A stretch of 50,783 nt of DNA from Nitrospira sp. GTDB taxonomy: Bacteria > Nitrospirota > Thermodesulfovibrionia > Thermodesulfovibrionales > Dissulfurispiraceae. The position numbers were made by a program, and so were the translations under genes. The notes under the pieces are model-generated. The model made no database searches. It was not told the origin of the DNA and was given only the letters and a program-made list of their open reading frames with translations. The stretch spans positions 1-50,783 of the forward strand of contig NSJL01000027.1 in the NCBI GenBank assembly GCA_002634385.1, read 5' to 3'. Below are positions 35,642-45,823 of this stretch, piece by piece. Within the stretch, counting starts at the first letter, position 1. Each line of letters starts with the position of its first letter.

Positions 35642-36262
35642 TCATTTTTTCAGGAGATAGTCGTCCGCTCCCGCGAGGGCCCTTTCCACTGCATCCGCAA
35701 GGGCCTTGTTGATCAATTCTTCGGCCTTCTCCTTATTGAAGGAGACGGTAACATAAGAGCTCGAAGCCTCCACCCTCTCCTGGTGCAGGATTCTTTTTGC
35801 GGCGGCATCCGCATATACCACAAAGAGCCGTACAGTGGTGACGTATTCCATCTTTACCAGGCTGCTGCTCCTGACGGTGAGGGAGAATTCCTCCACGGCA
35901 CCGCCGACCACCCGGTCGCCCCATTCGGGCTTCAGCGTCTGCACCGATCCATCCCACCGCTCATTCACCCTCCCGGCAGCATACCCTCTGCTCTCCAGAT
36001 AGGCGGCAACCGCCTTCGAAACCGCAGCTGCGGGGTCATCCAGCAGGGCGATGAACCGGGCCTCGTCATTCTTTATCCCGATATACCGTGTATCCGCTAC
36101 TTTTCTCTTGTCGACAAACTGCGGCACGGCAATTGTGCCCTTCCGCATCTCGTCCCCGCCCGCCGCCTTCGGCGCATAGGAAAGGGTGAGCGGGTAGTCG
36201 GAAACCGTTGCACAGGAGACGAGGAAAGCGGCCATCGCCAGCAGAAAAAAGATTCTTTTCAT
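35642..36262 (-). CDS. Hypothetical lipoprotein
   Basis: Signal peptide with lipobox (LAMAAFLVSC). 206 aa. No recognizable catalytic motif. Confidence 0.5.
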   Translation of the reverse strand: MKRIFFLLAMAAFLVSCATVSDYPLTLSYAPKAAGGDEMRKGTIAVPQFVDKRKVADTRYIGIKNDEARFIALLDDPAAAVSKAVAAYLESRGYAAGRVNERWDGSVQTLKPEWGDRVVGGAVEEFSLTVRSSSLVKMEYVTTVRLFVVYADAAAKRILHQERVEASSSYVTVSFNKEKAEELINKALADAVERALAGADDYLLKK

Positions 36263-36414
36263 GGGAGAACACCTCGCATTGTCATGGATTGGTGAGGCTC
36301 TCTTCGGATCCGTCTGAATTATACCAGATCGGAATTTCCTCTCTGTATTCGCAAAGAAAGAGGGTACTCTATGCCCCTTTCCTGCTTTTTCAAATGAGCG
36401 CGTAAGCGCGCCCC

Positions 36415-37428
36415 TTACGTCCCCGCAGGCCGGATCATCAGAGTGTCGATAGTCTCTTTCGGGGCCGGGGCAACCTTCAGGATGGAGCGCGTCCCGTTCT
36501 GTGCAACCGTGACCTCCACCGCGGGCAGCTTCTTCGCATCGGAGTAGCGCGCGCAGAGGGAAGCCGCCAGTCTCACCTCCTCTTCCGTCGCAGTGCCGCT
36601 CAGGATTGTGAGGGGACTCCCGTACCCCTCCACCCAGAACCGGTATTCCCCGTCCACAGCCAGGGAGTGGAGCGCGTTATTGTCCGCCTCGTCCCTCCCC
36701 ACAATGGCTTTCTGCGCGATGGATACCCTGAAGTGCCGGCCCACCCGCAACAGATTGATATCGGTCAGGGACGGAGCGGGGGTATGCTTCAGCAGTTCCT
36801 TTAACCGGTACGAATAGAGGGGGTCCGTCAGAAGGCACCCGCCCGCGGGCGCGGGATACTCCCTGAGGCCGAGCTCCTTTGCCAGGGCCATCTGGGGCTT
36901 CCTCGACCTGCCGTTGAAGGCGCACAGCCTCTCACGGTCCACCAGCCCCTGCTGCTCGGGAATCGTCGGCTTCAGCAGCTTTGCACTGAGGGGACGGAGG
37001 ATATACCCCGCCAGCCCCGCCTCCCGGTCAATGCGGGGAAAGGTGTCCCGCCTCTGGCTCATGGGCCGCTGCCCCAGCACTTCGCCGGTGATCACGAAAT
37101 CCGCGCCCCGCATCTTCATCAATTCCTTCGCCTCCCGCAGCATGAGGATCCTGCAGTCGATGCAGGGGTTCATGTTCTTTCCGTGCCCGAATTTCGGATT
37201 GATGACGATTTCGGTGAATTTGTCGGCGAGATGGCAGAGCTTCACCTCGAATCCGAACTGCTCGGCAGCGGCGAAGGGGTTCTTGGAGCAGGACGACCTG
37301 TCCGAGATATCGCAGCCGAAATGGGTGAGAAAGGTCACCGCGGTCACCTCGATCCCCTGCCTCATGGCGACCAGGATGGCAAGGGTGCTGTCGAGACCGC
37401 CCGAATATAATGCTATTGCTTTCGCCAT
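36415..37428 (-). CDS. PP-loop superfamily ATP pyrophosphatase (putative tRNA/cofactor sulfurtransferase; ThiI/QueC-LarE-like)
   Basis: Start at the ATG at 37428 (MAKAIALYSGGLDST, the SGGxDS PP-loop). Conserved CIDCR Cys pair. Confidence 0.55.
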   Translation of the reverse strand: MAKAIALYSGGLDSTLAILVAMRQGIEVTAVTFLTHFGCDISDRSSCSKNPFAAAEQFGFEVKLCHLADKFTEIVINPKFGHGKNMNPCIDCRILMLREAKELMKMRGADFVITGEVLGQRPMSQRRDTFPRIDREAGLAGYILRPLSAKLLKPTIPEQQGLVDRERLCAFNGRSRKPQMALAKELGLREYPAPAGGCLLTDPLYSYRLKELLKHTPAPSLTDINLLRVGRHFRVSIAQKAIVGRDEADNNALHSLAVDGEYRFWVEGYGSPLTILSGTATEEEVRLAASLCARYSDAKKLPAVEVTVAQNGTRSILKVAPAPKETIDTLMIRPAGT

Positions 37429-37441
37429 AGATACACTCCAC

Positions 37442-37690
37442 TTTATTGTTAGGGTGTGTCTGCAAACTATCTTTTGCTGCGACCGGCTGCCCAATATCTG
37501 ATAGCCCCCGGACTTCGTTCTCCCGGGCACATCATCCTCAATGTAGCTCTGCTCGGTATCATCTTATTGGCGGGCGCTGTACCCGTGACGCCTTCTGCCC
37601 CAAAAAGTCTTCGACTTTCCGGGGACCCCTGTCTTGCCCGGAAACTTTTCGCTCGGTCTCGCTACAAACACAGTGTGCAGACACACCCTA
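37442..37690. mobile_element. MITE-like element: 249-bp segment bounded by perfect 15-bp terminal inverted repeats (TAGGGTGTGTCTGCA ... TGCAGACACACCCTA)
   Basis: IR at 37442-37456 and 37676-37690. Possible TA flanks. Contains palindromic repeat copy B. Intergenic between two minus-strand genes. Confidence 0.3.
37598..37624. repeat. Palindromic repeat copy B (CCCCAAAAAGTCTTCGACTTTCCGGGG)
   Basis: About 75% identical to copy A over about 45 nt, including flanks (…GGGGA.CC.GTC.T.CCCGG). Confidence 0.45.
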
Positions 37691-37769
37691 GCCAAATCCC
37701 GAATACTGCACAGAAAAATTTGTACGCAGGGTGTTTGCTGGCGCCTGAAAGGTGCCCGGATTTTGAGGG

Positions 37770-38759
37770 TTACTTTCTTTTTGTTCCGTCGAGGGACCGG
37801 AGCAACGCCTCCGGTGTCGCCACTGCAGTCCCCACCTCGCCAACCACGATGCCGGCGGCATGGTTGGAGATGATCGCCGCGTCTTCGAGGGTGGCCCCGG
37901 CAGTCCGGGCAAGGGCAAAGGTCGCAATGACCGTATCCCCGGCCCCGGTCACATCGAAAACCTTCTTCGCCACCGTGGGGATATGCGTCGCACTGATCTC
38001 CCGCGGTGCCGTGCGTTCGAACAGACTCATCCCCTCCTCGCCGCGGGTGATGAGCACCGACTTGCAGGAGAGCCGGTTCATCAATGTCCTCCCCGCCTTC
38101 AGAAGGCTCTTCCCGTCCTTGATCTCCACCCCCGAGCCCTGGGAAGCTTCCAGGAGATTGGGGGTAATCAGGGAAACCTGCTTATAAAAATGAAAATGCC
38201 CCACCTTGGGGTCCACCGCGATAAAGGTGTTGTTGGGCTTCGCGTACTTCACCAGGGTCTTGATCAGGGCAGCCGATACGATTCCCTTTTTGTAATCCGA
38301 AACGATCACCGCATCGTGCTCCTGCATCGCCCTTTTCACATACTCCAGAAGGGCAGCCAGGTTCCTGCCCTCCAGCCTCTTCCTGTCCTCCCTGTCGAAC
38401 CGGACCACCTGCTGGTTGTGGGCGATGACCCGCGTCTTCACGGTGGTGGGACGGTGGTCCTCTATGATGCCGTCCACCGCAATGGCCCTTTCTTCCAGGA
38501 GCTCCCGGAGCACCTTCCCCAGGGAGTCCCTCCCCACGATTCCCGCAATGGAGGCCTTTCCGCCCAGGGCGATGATATTGCTCGCCACATTGGTGGCGCC
38601 GCCCAGCAGGAAGGACTCATTCACCACTTCCACCACCGGAACAGGGGCCTCGGGGGAGATCCGCTGGACCTTCCCGAAGATATAGTGGTCCAGGATCAGA
38701 TCCCCGATGATCAGTATTTTCTTGTTCCTGAAAGAGCCGATGACTTTGGAAAAACCCAT
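37770..38759 (-). CDS. hldE: D-glycero-beta-D-manno-heptose-7-phosphate kinase (HldE kinase domain / RfaE-I; PfkB-family sugar kinase)
   Basis: ILIIGDLILDHY..G..RISPEAPVPVV...GGATNVA...DVTGAGDT motifs, typical of RfaE domain I. 329 aa with no adenylyltransferase domain. Confidence 0.7.
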   Translation of the reverse strand: MGFSKVIGSFRNKKILIIGDLILDHYIFGKVQRISPEAPVPVVEVVNESFLLGGATNVASNIIALGGKASIAGIVGRDSLGKVLRELLEERAIAVDGIIEDHRPTTVKTRVIAHNQQVVRFDREDRKRLEGRNLAALLEYVKRAMQEHDAVIVSDYKKGIVSAALIKTLVKYAKPNNTFIAVDPKVGHFHFYKQVSLITPNLLEASQGSGVEIKDGKSLLKAGRTLMNRLSCKSVLITRGEEGMSLFERTAPREISATHIPTVAKKVFDVTGAGDTVIATFALARTAGATLEDAAIISNHAAGIVVGEVGTAVATPEALLRSLDGTKRK

Positions 38760-38845
38760 ACGAAAAAAATAACCTATTCAATCCCGAAGTTGCAAGTTAC
38801 CGGCACCGGCCATTCATGCGGCAGCGGAGCGGCGTGCGCAAAAGA

Positions 38846-39082
38846 TTATCTCTTTCTGATGAGAAAGGTAAACACCTCGTCGTTCCTGCTCGCCGCGACA
38901 AGCTCATGCCCAAGCCTCTTCACGAGAACGGGGATATCGGATTCGGAGCCGAAATCCGTCGCAATCACCTTGAGTATTTGCCCGGCCTCAATTTTTGCCA
39001 AAGCCCTTTTCGTGTTCAAAACCGGCATGGGGCAGGCAAGACCCCGCGTATCGACAACAACCGCCGCCTCTCTTTCCTCCAT
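38846..39082 (-). CDS. tusA: TusA-like sulfurtransferase
   Basis: 78 aa, VDTRGLACPMPVLNTKRAL (CPxP active-site motif). Confidence 0.8.
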   Translation of the reverse strand: MEEREAAVVVDTRGLACPMPVLNTKRALAKIEAGQILKVIATDFGSESDIPVLVKRLGHELVAASRNDEVFTFLIRKR

Positions 39083-39234
39083 ATGATTCCTCCTTCGTGC
39101 TTTCTATACGTGCCGTTGTTGCATAGCAAGAGGAATGCCAGTCAAAGAGTCCAGCTTCCCGCTCTTATCGATGAAAATGGCATACAAATTGCTCCTGGCC
39201 GTACAACTGTGCTGAAAGTGAAAAGGAGGACCGT

Positions 39235-39651
39235 ATGAGTGAACCATTTGTCAAAGATTCCGCGCCCTCTTCCCTCAGCGAAGAGGAGGATATCTTTATT
39301 GTCCTGTGCACTTCGGGCTTTGAAAATATACCGAGCGCACGTTCTGCCCTGATGTTTGCTTCTCTGGCGGCTTCGGCCAATTATAGGACAATCCTCTTCT
39401 GCGTACAGGGAGCGGTGGATATCATGATAAAAGGCGCCATAGAGAAAAACGAAAAGCCTCAACCGGGTGTTCCCACCCTTGCGCAACGGCTCGATGAAGC
39501 AAGGGAACTGGGAGTGGAGATACAGTGTTGCTCCCAAACCATGGCAAACAAAAAAATCACCGGGGAAGACCTCATACCGGGGGTGCAGGTTGCAGGGGCG
39601 ATGAGCCTTATCGAGCTGGTGAACAGGGCGAAAGGAACATTGAGCTTTTAA
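39235..39651 (+). CDS. DsrE/DsrF-like family sulfur-relay protein
   Basis: 138 aa, divergently paired with tusA. Pattern IFIVLCTSGFEN...ALMFA.LAASANYRTILFCVQGAV, consistent with DsrE/YchN fold and a conserved Cys. Confidence 0.55.
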   Translation: MSEPFVKDSAPSSLSEEEDIFIVLCTSGFENIPSARSALMFASLAASANYRTILFCVQGAVDIMIKGAIEKNEKPQPGVPTLAQRLDEARELGVEIQCCSQTMANKKITGEDLIPGVQVAGAMSLIELVNRAKGTLSF

Positions 39652-39698
39652 AAGAGAGGAGGCGCGTGGCAGATGCACCCTGCGTGAAAATAATGGGC

Positions 39699-41507
39699 TT
39701 ATGCATGTCTCTCCGTACGCCGGCTGCGATGTCTTTTCCCTTCGGAAAGCCCGTACTTTTGCAGCTTTCTGACAACGGTGGAATGATCAACGCCGAGCAT
39801 ATGTGCGATCTCCCTGGTCGTTCGTTTCATCTCCACGGCCTGAGCGAGCATCGACCGTTCCACCTGCTCTTTGGCGGACGTGAGAGAGGGTATTTCGGAA
39901 CCCTCCTTTTTCTCGAGGAGGTCTTCCGCCCCCTGCAGGGACATGCTGCGCGGCAGGTGTTCAGGCCTGAGCACTTCCGAATCGCTCGTTACGATTAAAC
40001 GCTCGATGATATTCTGCAACTCCCTTACATTTCCGGGCCAGTTATACGCCTCGAGTATCTCTATCAGCTCCGAAGAAATGGTCTTTGATTGTTTGTATTT
40101 CTGGTTGTACATTTTAAGGAAATGCCAGGACAGGGGGAAGATATCCTCACGCCTTTCCCGTAAAGGCGGCACCTCGATGGGTACTACATAGAGCCGGTAA
40201 AAGAGGTCTTCCCTGAACTTTTCTTCCCGTACCAGGTCCAGCAGGTTGCGGTTGGTTGCGGCGACAACACGCACGTCGAATTTGACCGGCTTTACTCCTC
40301 CCAGCCGGTAGGCCTTCATGTCCTGCAGGACCTTGAGGAGCTTTACCTGAAGGCTCAAGGGCATTTCTCCAATTTCATCGAGAAAGATAACCCCCCCGTT
40401 TGCCAATTCGAACAGACCCGGCTTCCCATCCTTCCCCGCACCGGAAAAAGATCCCTTTTCATAGCCGAACAGTTCCGACTCAAGGAGATTTTCCGGGATG
40501 GCACCGCAATTGATCGATATGAAAGGCCCGTTGCTCCGGGAGCTCAGGCTGTGTATCAGCTTCGCAAAAACCTCTTTACCGGTACCGCTCTCCCCGAGAA
40601 TCAGGACGACCGAATCCACTTTTGCGATCCTCAGGGTCAGATCCAGAACCCGCTTCATCACAGGACTCTCCACCACGACATCCCCCCCGATGATCTTGTC
40701 GAGCTGGTTTTCCTTCGCCGTCGAGAGGTAGAGTGCCGTGAGCCGCGAGACCTGCTCCTTCAAATGCTGCAGCTCGGTTACATCCCTGATATTCACCGCG
40801 ACATGCTCAACCCCGCAATCGCACTTTATGGGGGTCCCGGTCACATAAATCTCGTTGCCCTGGTGCATCGTACGCATGATGGTCACGCTCTTCTTCTGCT
40901 GGCGGGCCATATCGGAAACCTCGTAGATCGACTTCAGGCAGACATGGGGGTTGTCGGCAAGTTGCGCGATGGGCTTGCCTTCCGCATATTCCTTCCTCAA
41001 ACCCGAAATCCTCAGGAAGCTGCTGTTGACCTTTATTATCTTTTCATGGTCGGTCAGGATAATTCCGTCGTGGGAGCCATCAATAAGTACTTCCAGATTG
41101 CAGTATTGCAGCCCTCCCTGTACTTCAGCCGCCGAGAAATCCTGAAGGAAATAGAGGGTCCCTTTCATTTTTCCGCCGGAAAGCAAGGGGCCTTTCGCTA
41201 TCAGGAGTTTCTGGTCGACGGATTTGTGGAGAACCGCCTTATTGCATTTATTCAGATGCTGCGACACCTCTTCGTAACAAGGCAGCGCAGACAGCGTCCG
41301 GCCGATTACGTTTTCCCTTTCTATGTTCAGCAGCGTCTCGGCCTTGCTGTTCATCATAATAATGATATCCCGGGGATCCGTTGCAACAATGCCGACGGAA
41401 GCCGATGCCACAAGATCGGACAAACTGATACTACCCGGAAACAAACTTCCTTCTTCCATCCCGTATCGTAGCATTAAGCATCCGCAGCGTTCAAGAAGAC
41501 CGGCCAA
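39699..41507 (-). CDS. Sigma-54-dependent transcriptional activator (PAS sensor domains + AAA+ sigma-54 interaction domain + Fis-type HTH)
   Basis: GESGTGKEVFAKLIH Walker A. GAFTGA-like GSFSGAGKDGKPGLFELANGGVIFLDEIGEM. C-terminal HTH (AHMLGVDHSTVVRKL). The likely TTG start at 41507 is preceded by GAGGAGGGG. Confidence 0.8.
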   Translation of the reverse strand: MAGLLERCGCLMLRYGMEEGSLFPGSISLSDLVASASVGIVATDPRDIIIMMNSKAETLLNIERENVIGRTLSALPCYEEVSQHLNKCNKAVLHKSVDQKLLIAKGPLLSGGKMKGTLYFLQDFSAAEVQGGLQYCNLEVLIDGSHDGIILTDHEKIIKVNSSFLRISGLRKEYAEGKPIAQLADNPHVCLKSIYEVSDMARQQKKSVTIMRTMHQGNEIYVTGTPIKCDCGVEHVAVNIRDVTELQHLKEQVSRLTALYLSTAKENQLDKIIGGDVVVESPVMKRVLDLTLRIAKVDSVVLILGESGTGKEVFAKLIHSLSSRSNGPFISINCGAIPENLLESELFGYEKGSFSGAGKDGKPGLFELANGGVIFLDEIGEMPLSLQVKLLKVLQDMKAYRLGGVKPVKFDVRVVAATNRNLLDLVREEKFREDLFYRLYVVPIEVPPLRERREDIFPLSWHFLKMYNQKYKQSKTISSELIEILEAYNWPGNVRELQNIIERLIVTSDSEVLRPEHLPRSMSLQGAEDLLEKKEGSEIPSLTSAKEQVERSMLAQAVEMKRTTREIAHMLGVDHSTVVRKLQKYGLSEGKRHRSRRTERHA

Positions 41508-41941
41508 CAGCTTCCCCTCCTCTCAGGCACCCCCGCTGACCCCTTCGGAGGCGCTCTTCAAAAACGAAAAAGGCGATGAGGGACGATACCCCGCCTCGGT
41601 GGAAGATCCATGGTGCATACCGAAACATACTCTCCTTGCCAACATCTGGATCATTTGGTGCGTTTTTGGTGCATTGTAGCACCATTGTTGCAGATTGCGG
41701 TGCTGTTTTGCACCACGTCTTTCCCTTTGCAGGGCAGGTGAACGAGAAAGGCCTCTATTTATCATGGGCTGAGAAACAAAAAAGGAGGTGGCACACAAGA
41801 TGCTTAAGACTGCAGGAGGCAAGGAAAGAAGGAGGTGAAGAATAACAGCGAAAGCTGCGGGAGGGAATGCGTGTTGTGAAACGCTGCGGGAATTTTTACC
41901 GAGATGCTCAGAAGAGCACAAGAAAAAAGGAGGCAACGAGA

Positions 41942-43126
41942 ATGGGAGGGATAGCAGACGAGGTGCGCAAAGGAAAAGGACAAAAGACTAAAGGCTTTCG
42001 TCTCTCAGTGGTTCTCCTGCTGGGGATTGCATGTTTTCTTTTAAACGCCTCCGCTTCTCCTGCGGAGGACCTGAAAGGGTGGCTTCCCGCCAAGCCGATG
42101 CCCGATTGGCTGCTGCTCTATAGTAATGTGGATAAGCCGGGACCCCATCCATCGGCTGCGCTTATCGGGCTCGTACAGGGGGGGTTCGTCGACAGCAGCA
42201 ACAGCCCGAGTCAGTTCAAAATCTTTAAATTCCGCCCCGGCATTGTGGGGACGATTACCGATTATCTGAGCTTTTACACCCTGGTGGAATTCGCTTCGAA
42301 CGCGGTGACCTCGCCTACTTCAGGCGGAGGGAGACTGCTCGATGCCACGGTGACCCTGAGCCTGAAGCCGGTACGGCTTCAGCTCGGGCAGACAGTGATG
42401 CCTTTTGCAACGGATGCAACACCTGCCGGTGCAGTGCCGTGGATTGACTATGCCGATGCAGTGAAGAACATCTATTTGAAAACGCTTTCCACCGATACGG
42501 GAACGACCGCCGGCAGGGATCTCGGGCTGATGGCCTGGCAGGTATTCAGAAAAGGAACGGTAAGCTATACGTATTTTGTATCGGCAACCAATGGGAACGG
42601 GCTCTCCCAGAACGACACCAACGACAGCAAAGATGTGATGGCCCATATGAAAGTCGCCTACGGTCCGCTCTATGCGGGCGGCGCTTACTGGTCCGGAAAG
42701 ACGAGTGTCAGCGGGAAAGACCTGGATAAAGACAAGTATAATGTACATGCAGGATTCGGTGACTATACCCCCGCCTCGAAGGACAGGATTTGGGGGCTGG
42801 TCGAGTACCTGAGGACAAATGAGGAGCAATCCGCGGGTGGGGAGCTCACAGCGGACGGATGGCAGGCGGCACTGGGAGTCCGGCCGGTGAAAGACATTAT
42901 GGCCGTATACCGCTATTCCGTATACGAAACAGAGCCCGTGACAGGGACAGGGAATAAAATCACCATGCACTCGCTTATCGGGCAATATTTCGTCCCGAAC
43001 GGAAAGGGCAGCCGCCTGATGGTGCAGTATGATTTCCGCGATAACAGGCTCACTCCCTCTGACGAGAAAGCATTCTATGTACAGGTGAGTGTTCCTTTTG
43101 CCGTGCCCCTCTTCGGCGGCAAGTAA
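41942..43126 (+). CDS. Putative outer-membrane beta-barrel porin
   Basis: ATG at 41942 after AAAAGGAGG. Signal peptide (LSVVLLLGIACFLLNASA). Alternating amphipathic beta-strand pattern with Tyr/Gly-rich turns. About 395 aa. Confidence 0.45.
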   Translation: MGGIADEVRKGKGQKTKGFRLSVVLLLGIACFLLNASASPAEDLKGWLPAKPMPDWLLLYSNVDKPGPHPSAALIGLVQGGFVDSSNSPSQFKIFKFRPGIVGTITDYLSFYTLVEFASNAVTSPTSGGGRLLDATVTLSLKPVRLQLGQTVMPFATDATPAGAVPWIDYADAVKNIYLKTLSTDTGTTAGRDLGLMAWQVFRKGTVSYTYFVSATNGNGLSQNDTNDSKDVMAHMKVAYGPLYAGGAYWSGKTSVSGKDLDKDKYNVHAGFGDYTPASKDRIWGLVEYLRTNEEQSAGGELTADGWQAALGVRPVKDIMAVYRYSVYETEPVTGTGNKITMHSLIGQYFVPNGKGSRLMVQYDFRDNRLTPSDEKAFYVQVSVPFAVPLFGGK

Positions 43127-43144
43127 GCAGACAAGGAGGCAACA

Positions 43145-44344
43145 ATGAGAAATTTTGATGAACTGGACGAGATGATCGGCGAGTACGAAAAAGGGAAGAT
43201 GGACCGCAGGACGTTTCTCTCCAAGGCTGTCCTGATGGGGTTGACCCTTTCGAGTGTGAATGCATTCCTGCTTTCCAGCGGCACTTCAGCCAAGGAAGCG
43301 TCCGCCCAGACGCCGCCCGCCGGGAGGCCGGCGGACATTACCGTCGGTTTTTTCCCCAGCTGGGTGGGAGGGTGGTCGGGCGCCGTCATCAGGAACCGGG
43401 AGTTGTGGAAAAAGCACCTCCCTGCAGGAAGCAAGGTGGACTGGGACGTCCATGTCGTAGGGGCACCGGTGGCGAACAATCTGATGGCGGGCAAGCTCCA
43501 GATAGGATATCTCGGGGATACGCCCGGCATGATCGCCACTACGAAAAGGGATATTGCAGACCTGAGGATCGTGGAGTTCAACATGTTTTCGAATACGGGC
43601 CAGATATGCGCCTGTCTCCTGGTCCGGAACGACGCGCCGCCGTTCAAAACCCTCGATGAGGCGCTGCAGTGGCTGGTCGGCAAGAAAATAGGAGTCTCGG
43701 GGAAAGGTTCCTGCGGTGACCGCTTCGTTTCAGGGCTTCTGAAAAGGCACAACATAAAAGCCGAAGTGCAGTACCTCGACCCCACCATCGTAAAGACCGC
43801 CCTCCAGTCGAAAAAGATCGATGCCGCGCAGAGCTTCCAGCCCCACGTCGCCCAGATCATGAACGAGGGACTGGGCAGGCTGGCATTCACCGGAGCCCGG
43901 TGGAACTGGCAGGAGGGGAATGTCATCCTGATGAGAAAAGATTTTATCGACGCCTATCCGGATGCGGCAAAGGGATGGATAAAGGCGGACATCGAGGCAT
44001 TGCAGTTCATGCTCAAATACCCGTACGAGACGGTGAAGATCGTGGCGAAGGAGCTGCCCGGCTACAGCACCAGGGATTTATGGATGTCGCTGTACGGCCA
44101 GTATCCGAAAAACGTCGATTCGATGGAAACGAACGCGATCGCGCAGGTGGGTTTCGATGAGCCGGTGATGCGGTATATTTCGGAAGCTTTCCAGTTCCTG
44201 CATTCGATAGGCGTCATCAAAATCGACAAGCCGTTGCCCGGAGCGGTCTATCCTGACCTGGTGAATGCGGCAATACGGGAAATGGGCGTCAAGATACCCC
44301 TGGGTACGTTCAAGGGCCTGCCTCCTGCCGCGTTCAAGGGATAA
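43145..44344 (+). CDS. ABC transporter substrate-binding protein, NitT/TauT (SsuA/TauA-like) family, with Tat signal
   Basis: Twin-arginine motif DRRTFLSKAVLMG. NMT1/SsuA-like SBP fold length (399 aa). Confidence 0.65.
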   Translation: MRNFDELDEMIGEYEKGKMDRRTFLSKAVLMGLTLSSVNAFLLSSGTSAKEASAQTPPAGRPADITVGFFPSWVGGWSGAVIRNRELWKKHLPAGSKVDWDVHVVGAPVANNLMAGKLQIGYLGDTPGMIATTKRDIADLRIVEFNMFSNTGQICACLLVRNDAPPFKTLDEALQWLVGKKIGVSGKGSCGDRFVSGLLKRHNIKAEVQYLDPTIVKTALQSKKIDAAQSFQPHVAQIMNEGLGRLAFTGARWNWQEGNVILMRKDFIDAYPDAAKGWIKADIEALQFMLKYPYETVKIVAKELPGYSTRDLWMSLYGQYPKNVDSMETNAIAQVGFDEPVMRYISEAFQFLHSIGVIKIDKPLPGAVYPDLVNAAIREMGVKIPLGTFKGLPPAAFKG

Positions 44345-44380
44345 AGAAGGGTTTTTACAACACTATCATGGAAGGGGTTT

Positions 44381-44863
44381 ATGAATACTGAGTGCATGAA
44401 TAAAACCACTACACTGTCAGAAGATCTGGAAGGACTCAAGGAGGTGAGGGTTGTCTGGGACGTAACCATAGGCGACGCGAGAATGTTCGCAGACCGGATC
44501 AACCTCATCCGGCAGACCGCGGAAAGCTTCCGTAAGCGGGGGATCACTCCCTGCTTTGTCGTCGCCATTCATGGTCCGGCAACGAAATTTGCGACGCAGT
44601 CCCTGGCCGGTACGGTGTTCGAAAAGGAAACCGCCGAGAACATGCCCGACATCCGGAAGATCCTTGAGGAGCTGACCCAAAGCGGAGCGCGGATACAGCA
44701 GTGTGAGATAACCCTTCTGCGCGGCAATATCCCCAATGACTGCATTCTTCCTTTCATCAGCACGGAAGAGAACGTACTGGTCAATATTGCCGCGCTTCAG
44801 AACAAGGGCTATGCATACATGCCCTTTCACATAGCCGAGCCGCTCATCAAGCCCGGTGGGTAG
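44381..44863 (+). CDS. DsrE/DsrF/YchN-like family small protein (putative)
   Basis: 160 aa. Rossmann-like start VRVVWDVTIGD...CFVVAIHGPA. Embedded between the SBP and permease genes. Confidence 0.35.
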   Translation: MNTECMNKTTTLSEDLEGLKEVRVVWDVTIGDARMFADRINLIRQTAESFRKRGITPCFVVAIHGPATKFATQSLAGTVFEKETAENMPDIRKILEELTQSGARIQQCEITLLRGNIPNDCILPFISTEENVLVNIAALQNKGYAYMPFHIAEPLIKPGG

Positions 44864-45010
44864 AATTTCAAGAAAAGCGCACCTCCCCCTCCCCCCATCT
44901 CACCTCCCTCCTTTTGACGGGAAGGAGAGTGAGGTGGGAGAAGAGGCCGACGCTCCGGCGGAGGAAAGGCCGGTGGGGAGCCGCATCTGTTTCGTTCAGG
45001 AGGCTATTAG

Positions 45011-45823
45011 ATGATACATCAACCGAGAACCAAAATACTGTCTCCGCAGTTGTTCAGAGCGGTCGCCGGGGCACTGATTTTCCTGTCCCTCTGGTACCTG
45101 CTGACCGAAATACTGAAGCTGCCGAGATTCAAATTGATCCCCGACCCCGTATCGGTCATCAAGGAATGGGTAAGTTTCGAGCCCATGTCGGGGCGCTCCC
45201 TGTTCACCAGGGAATACTATATCGATATTGCCTACAGCGTGGGACGGACAATGGCTGCCTTCACCCTCGCCACCGTGCTGGGTGTCACCCTGGGTCTTCT
45301 CATGGGCTGGAACCGCATCCTGTACGATTTCACCTTTCCGTTGGTGGAGATCCTGCGCCCCATGCCCCCGCTGAGCTGGATTCCGCTAGCGGTGCTCATC
45401 CTCCCCGGCGTCGAATTTGCGGTTGTCTACGTGACATTTATTGCCGCGTTCTTCGCCACCGTACTGAATACGCTGCTCGGAGTATTCTCCATCGACAGGA
45501 ATTACTTCCTGGCCGCCCGCTGCCTCGGCTCCAAACCGAAGGATATCTTCCTCAACGTAGTTGTTCCGGGCTCACTGCCGTTCATCTTCACGGGGCTGCA
45601 GATCTCCATGGGGATCTCGTGGATGTCCCTGGTGGCAGGGGAGATCATCTCCGGGCAGAGGGGCCTCGGCTATGCGATCTATGAGGGCTATTTCCTCTAT
45701 CAGTTCCCGCAGGTGATCAGCTACATGTTCACGCTCGGTATCCTCGGCTACATAAGCAGTGCTGCAATCAGGGCCGTCGGCAGAAAACTCATGGCATGGG
45801 AAGCAAGACGGAGGGGGGCATAG
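45011..45823 (+). CDS. ABC transporter permease (NitT/TauT family), copy 1
   Basis: 6-TM permease with EAA-like loop. 270 aa. Confidence 0.75.
   Translation: MIHQPRTKILSPQLFRAVAGALIFLSLWYLLTEILKLPRFKLIPDPVSVIKEWVSFEPMSGRSLFTREYYIDIAYSVGRTMAAFTLATVLGVTLGLLMGWNRILYDFTFPLVEILRPMPPLSWIPLAVLILPGVEFAVVYVTFIAAFFATVLNTLLGVFSIDRNYFLAARCLGSKPKDIFLNVVVPGSLPFIFTGLQISMGISWMSLVAGEIISGQRGLGYAIYEGYFLYQFPQVISYMFTLGILGYISSAAIRAVGRKLMAWEARRRGA

Noticed and set aside
37860-39086. 408-aa + strand ORF
   Set aside because: It is antisense to the hldE kinase and tusA, it spans an intergenic gap, and it has no motifs.
40551-41471. 306-aa + strand ORF
   Set aside because: It is antisense to the sigma-54 activator, whose AAA+ motifs are on the minus-strand frame.
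41560-41940. Searched for a sigma-54 (-24 GG / -12 GC) promoter upstream of the porin/SBP operon next to the sigma-54 activator
   Set aside because: Candidate TGGTGC...AGCA/TTGCA strings (about 41655-41690) have the wrong GG-to-GC spacing (9 rather than 10). No confident -24/-12 element could be called by eye.
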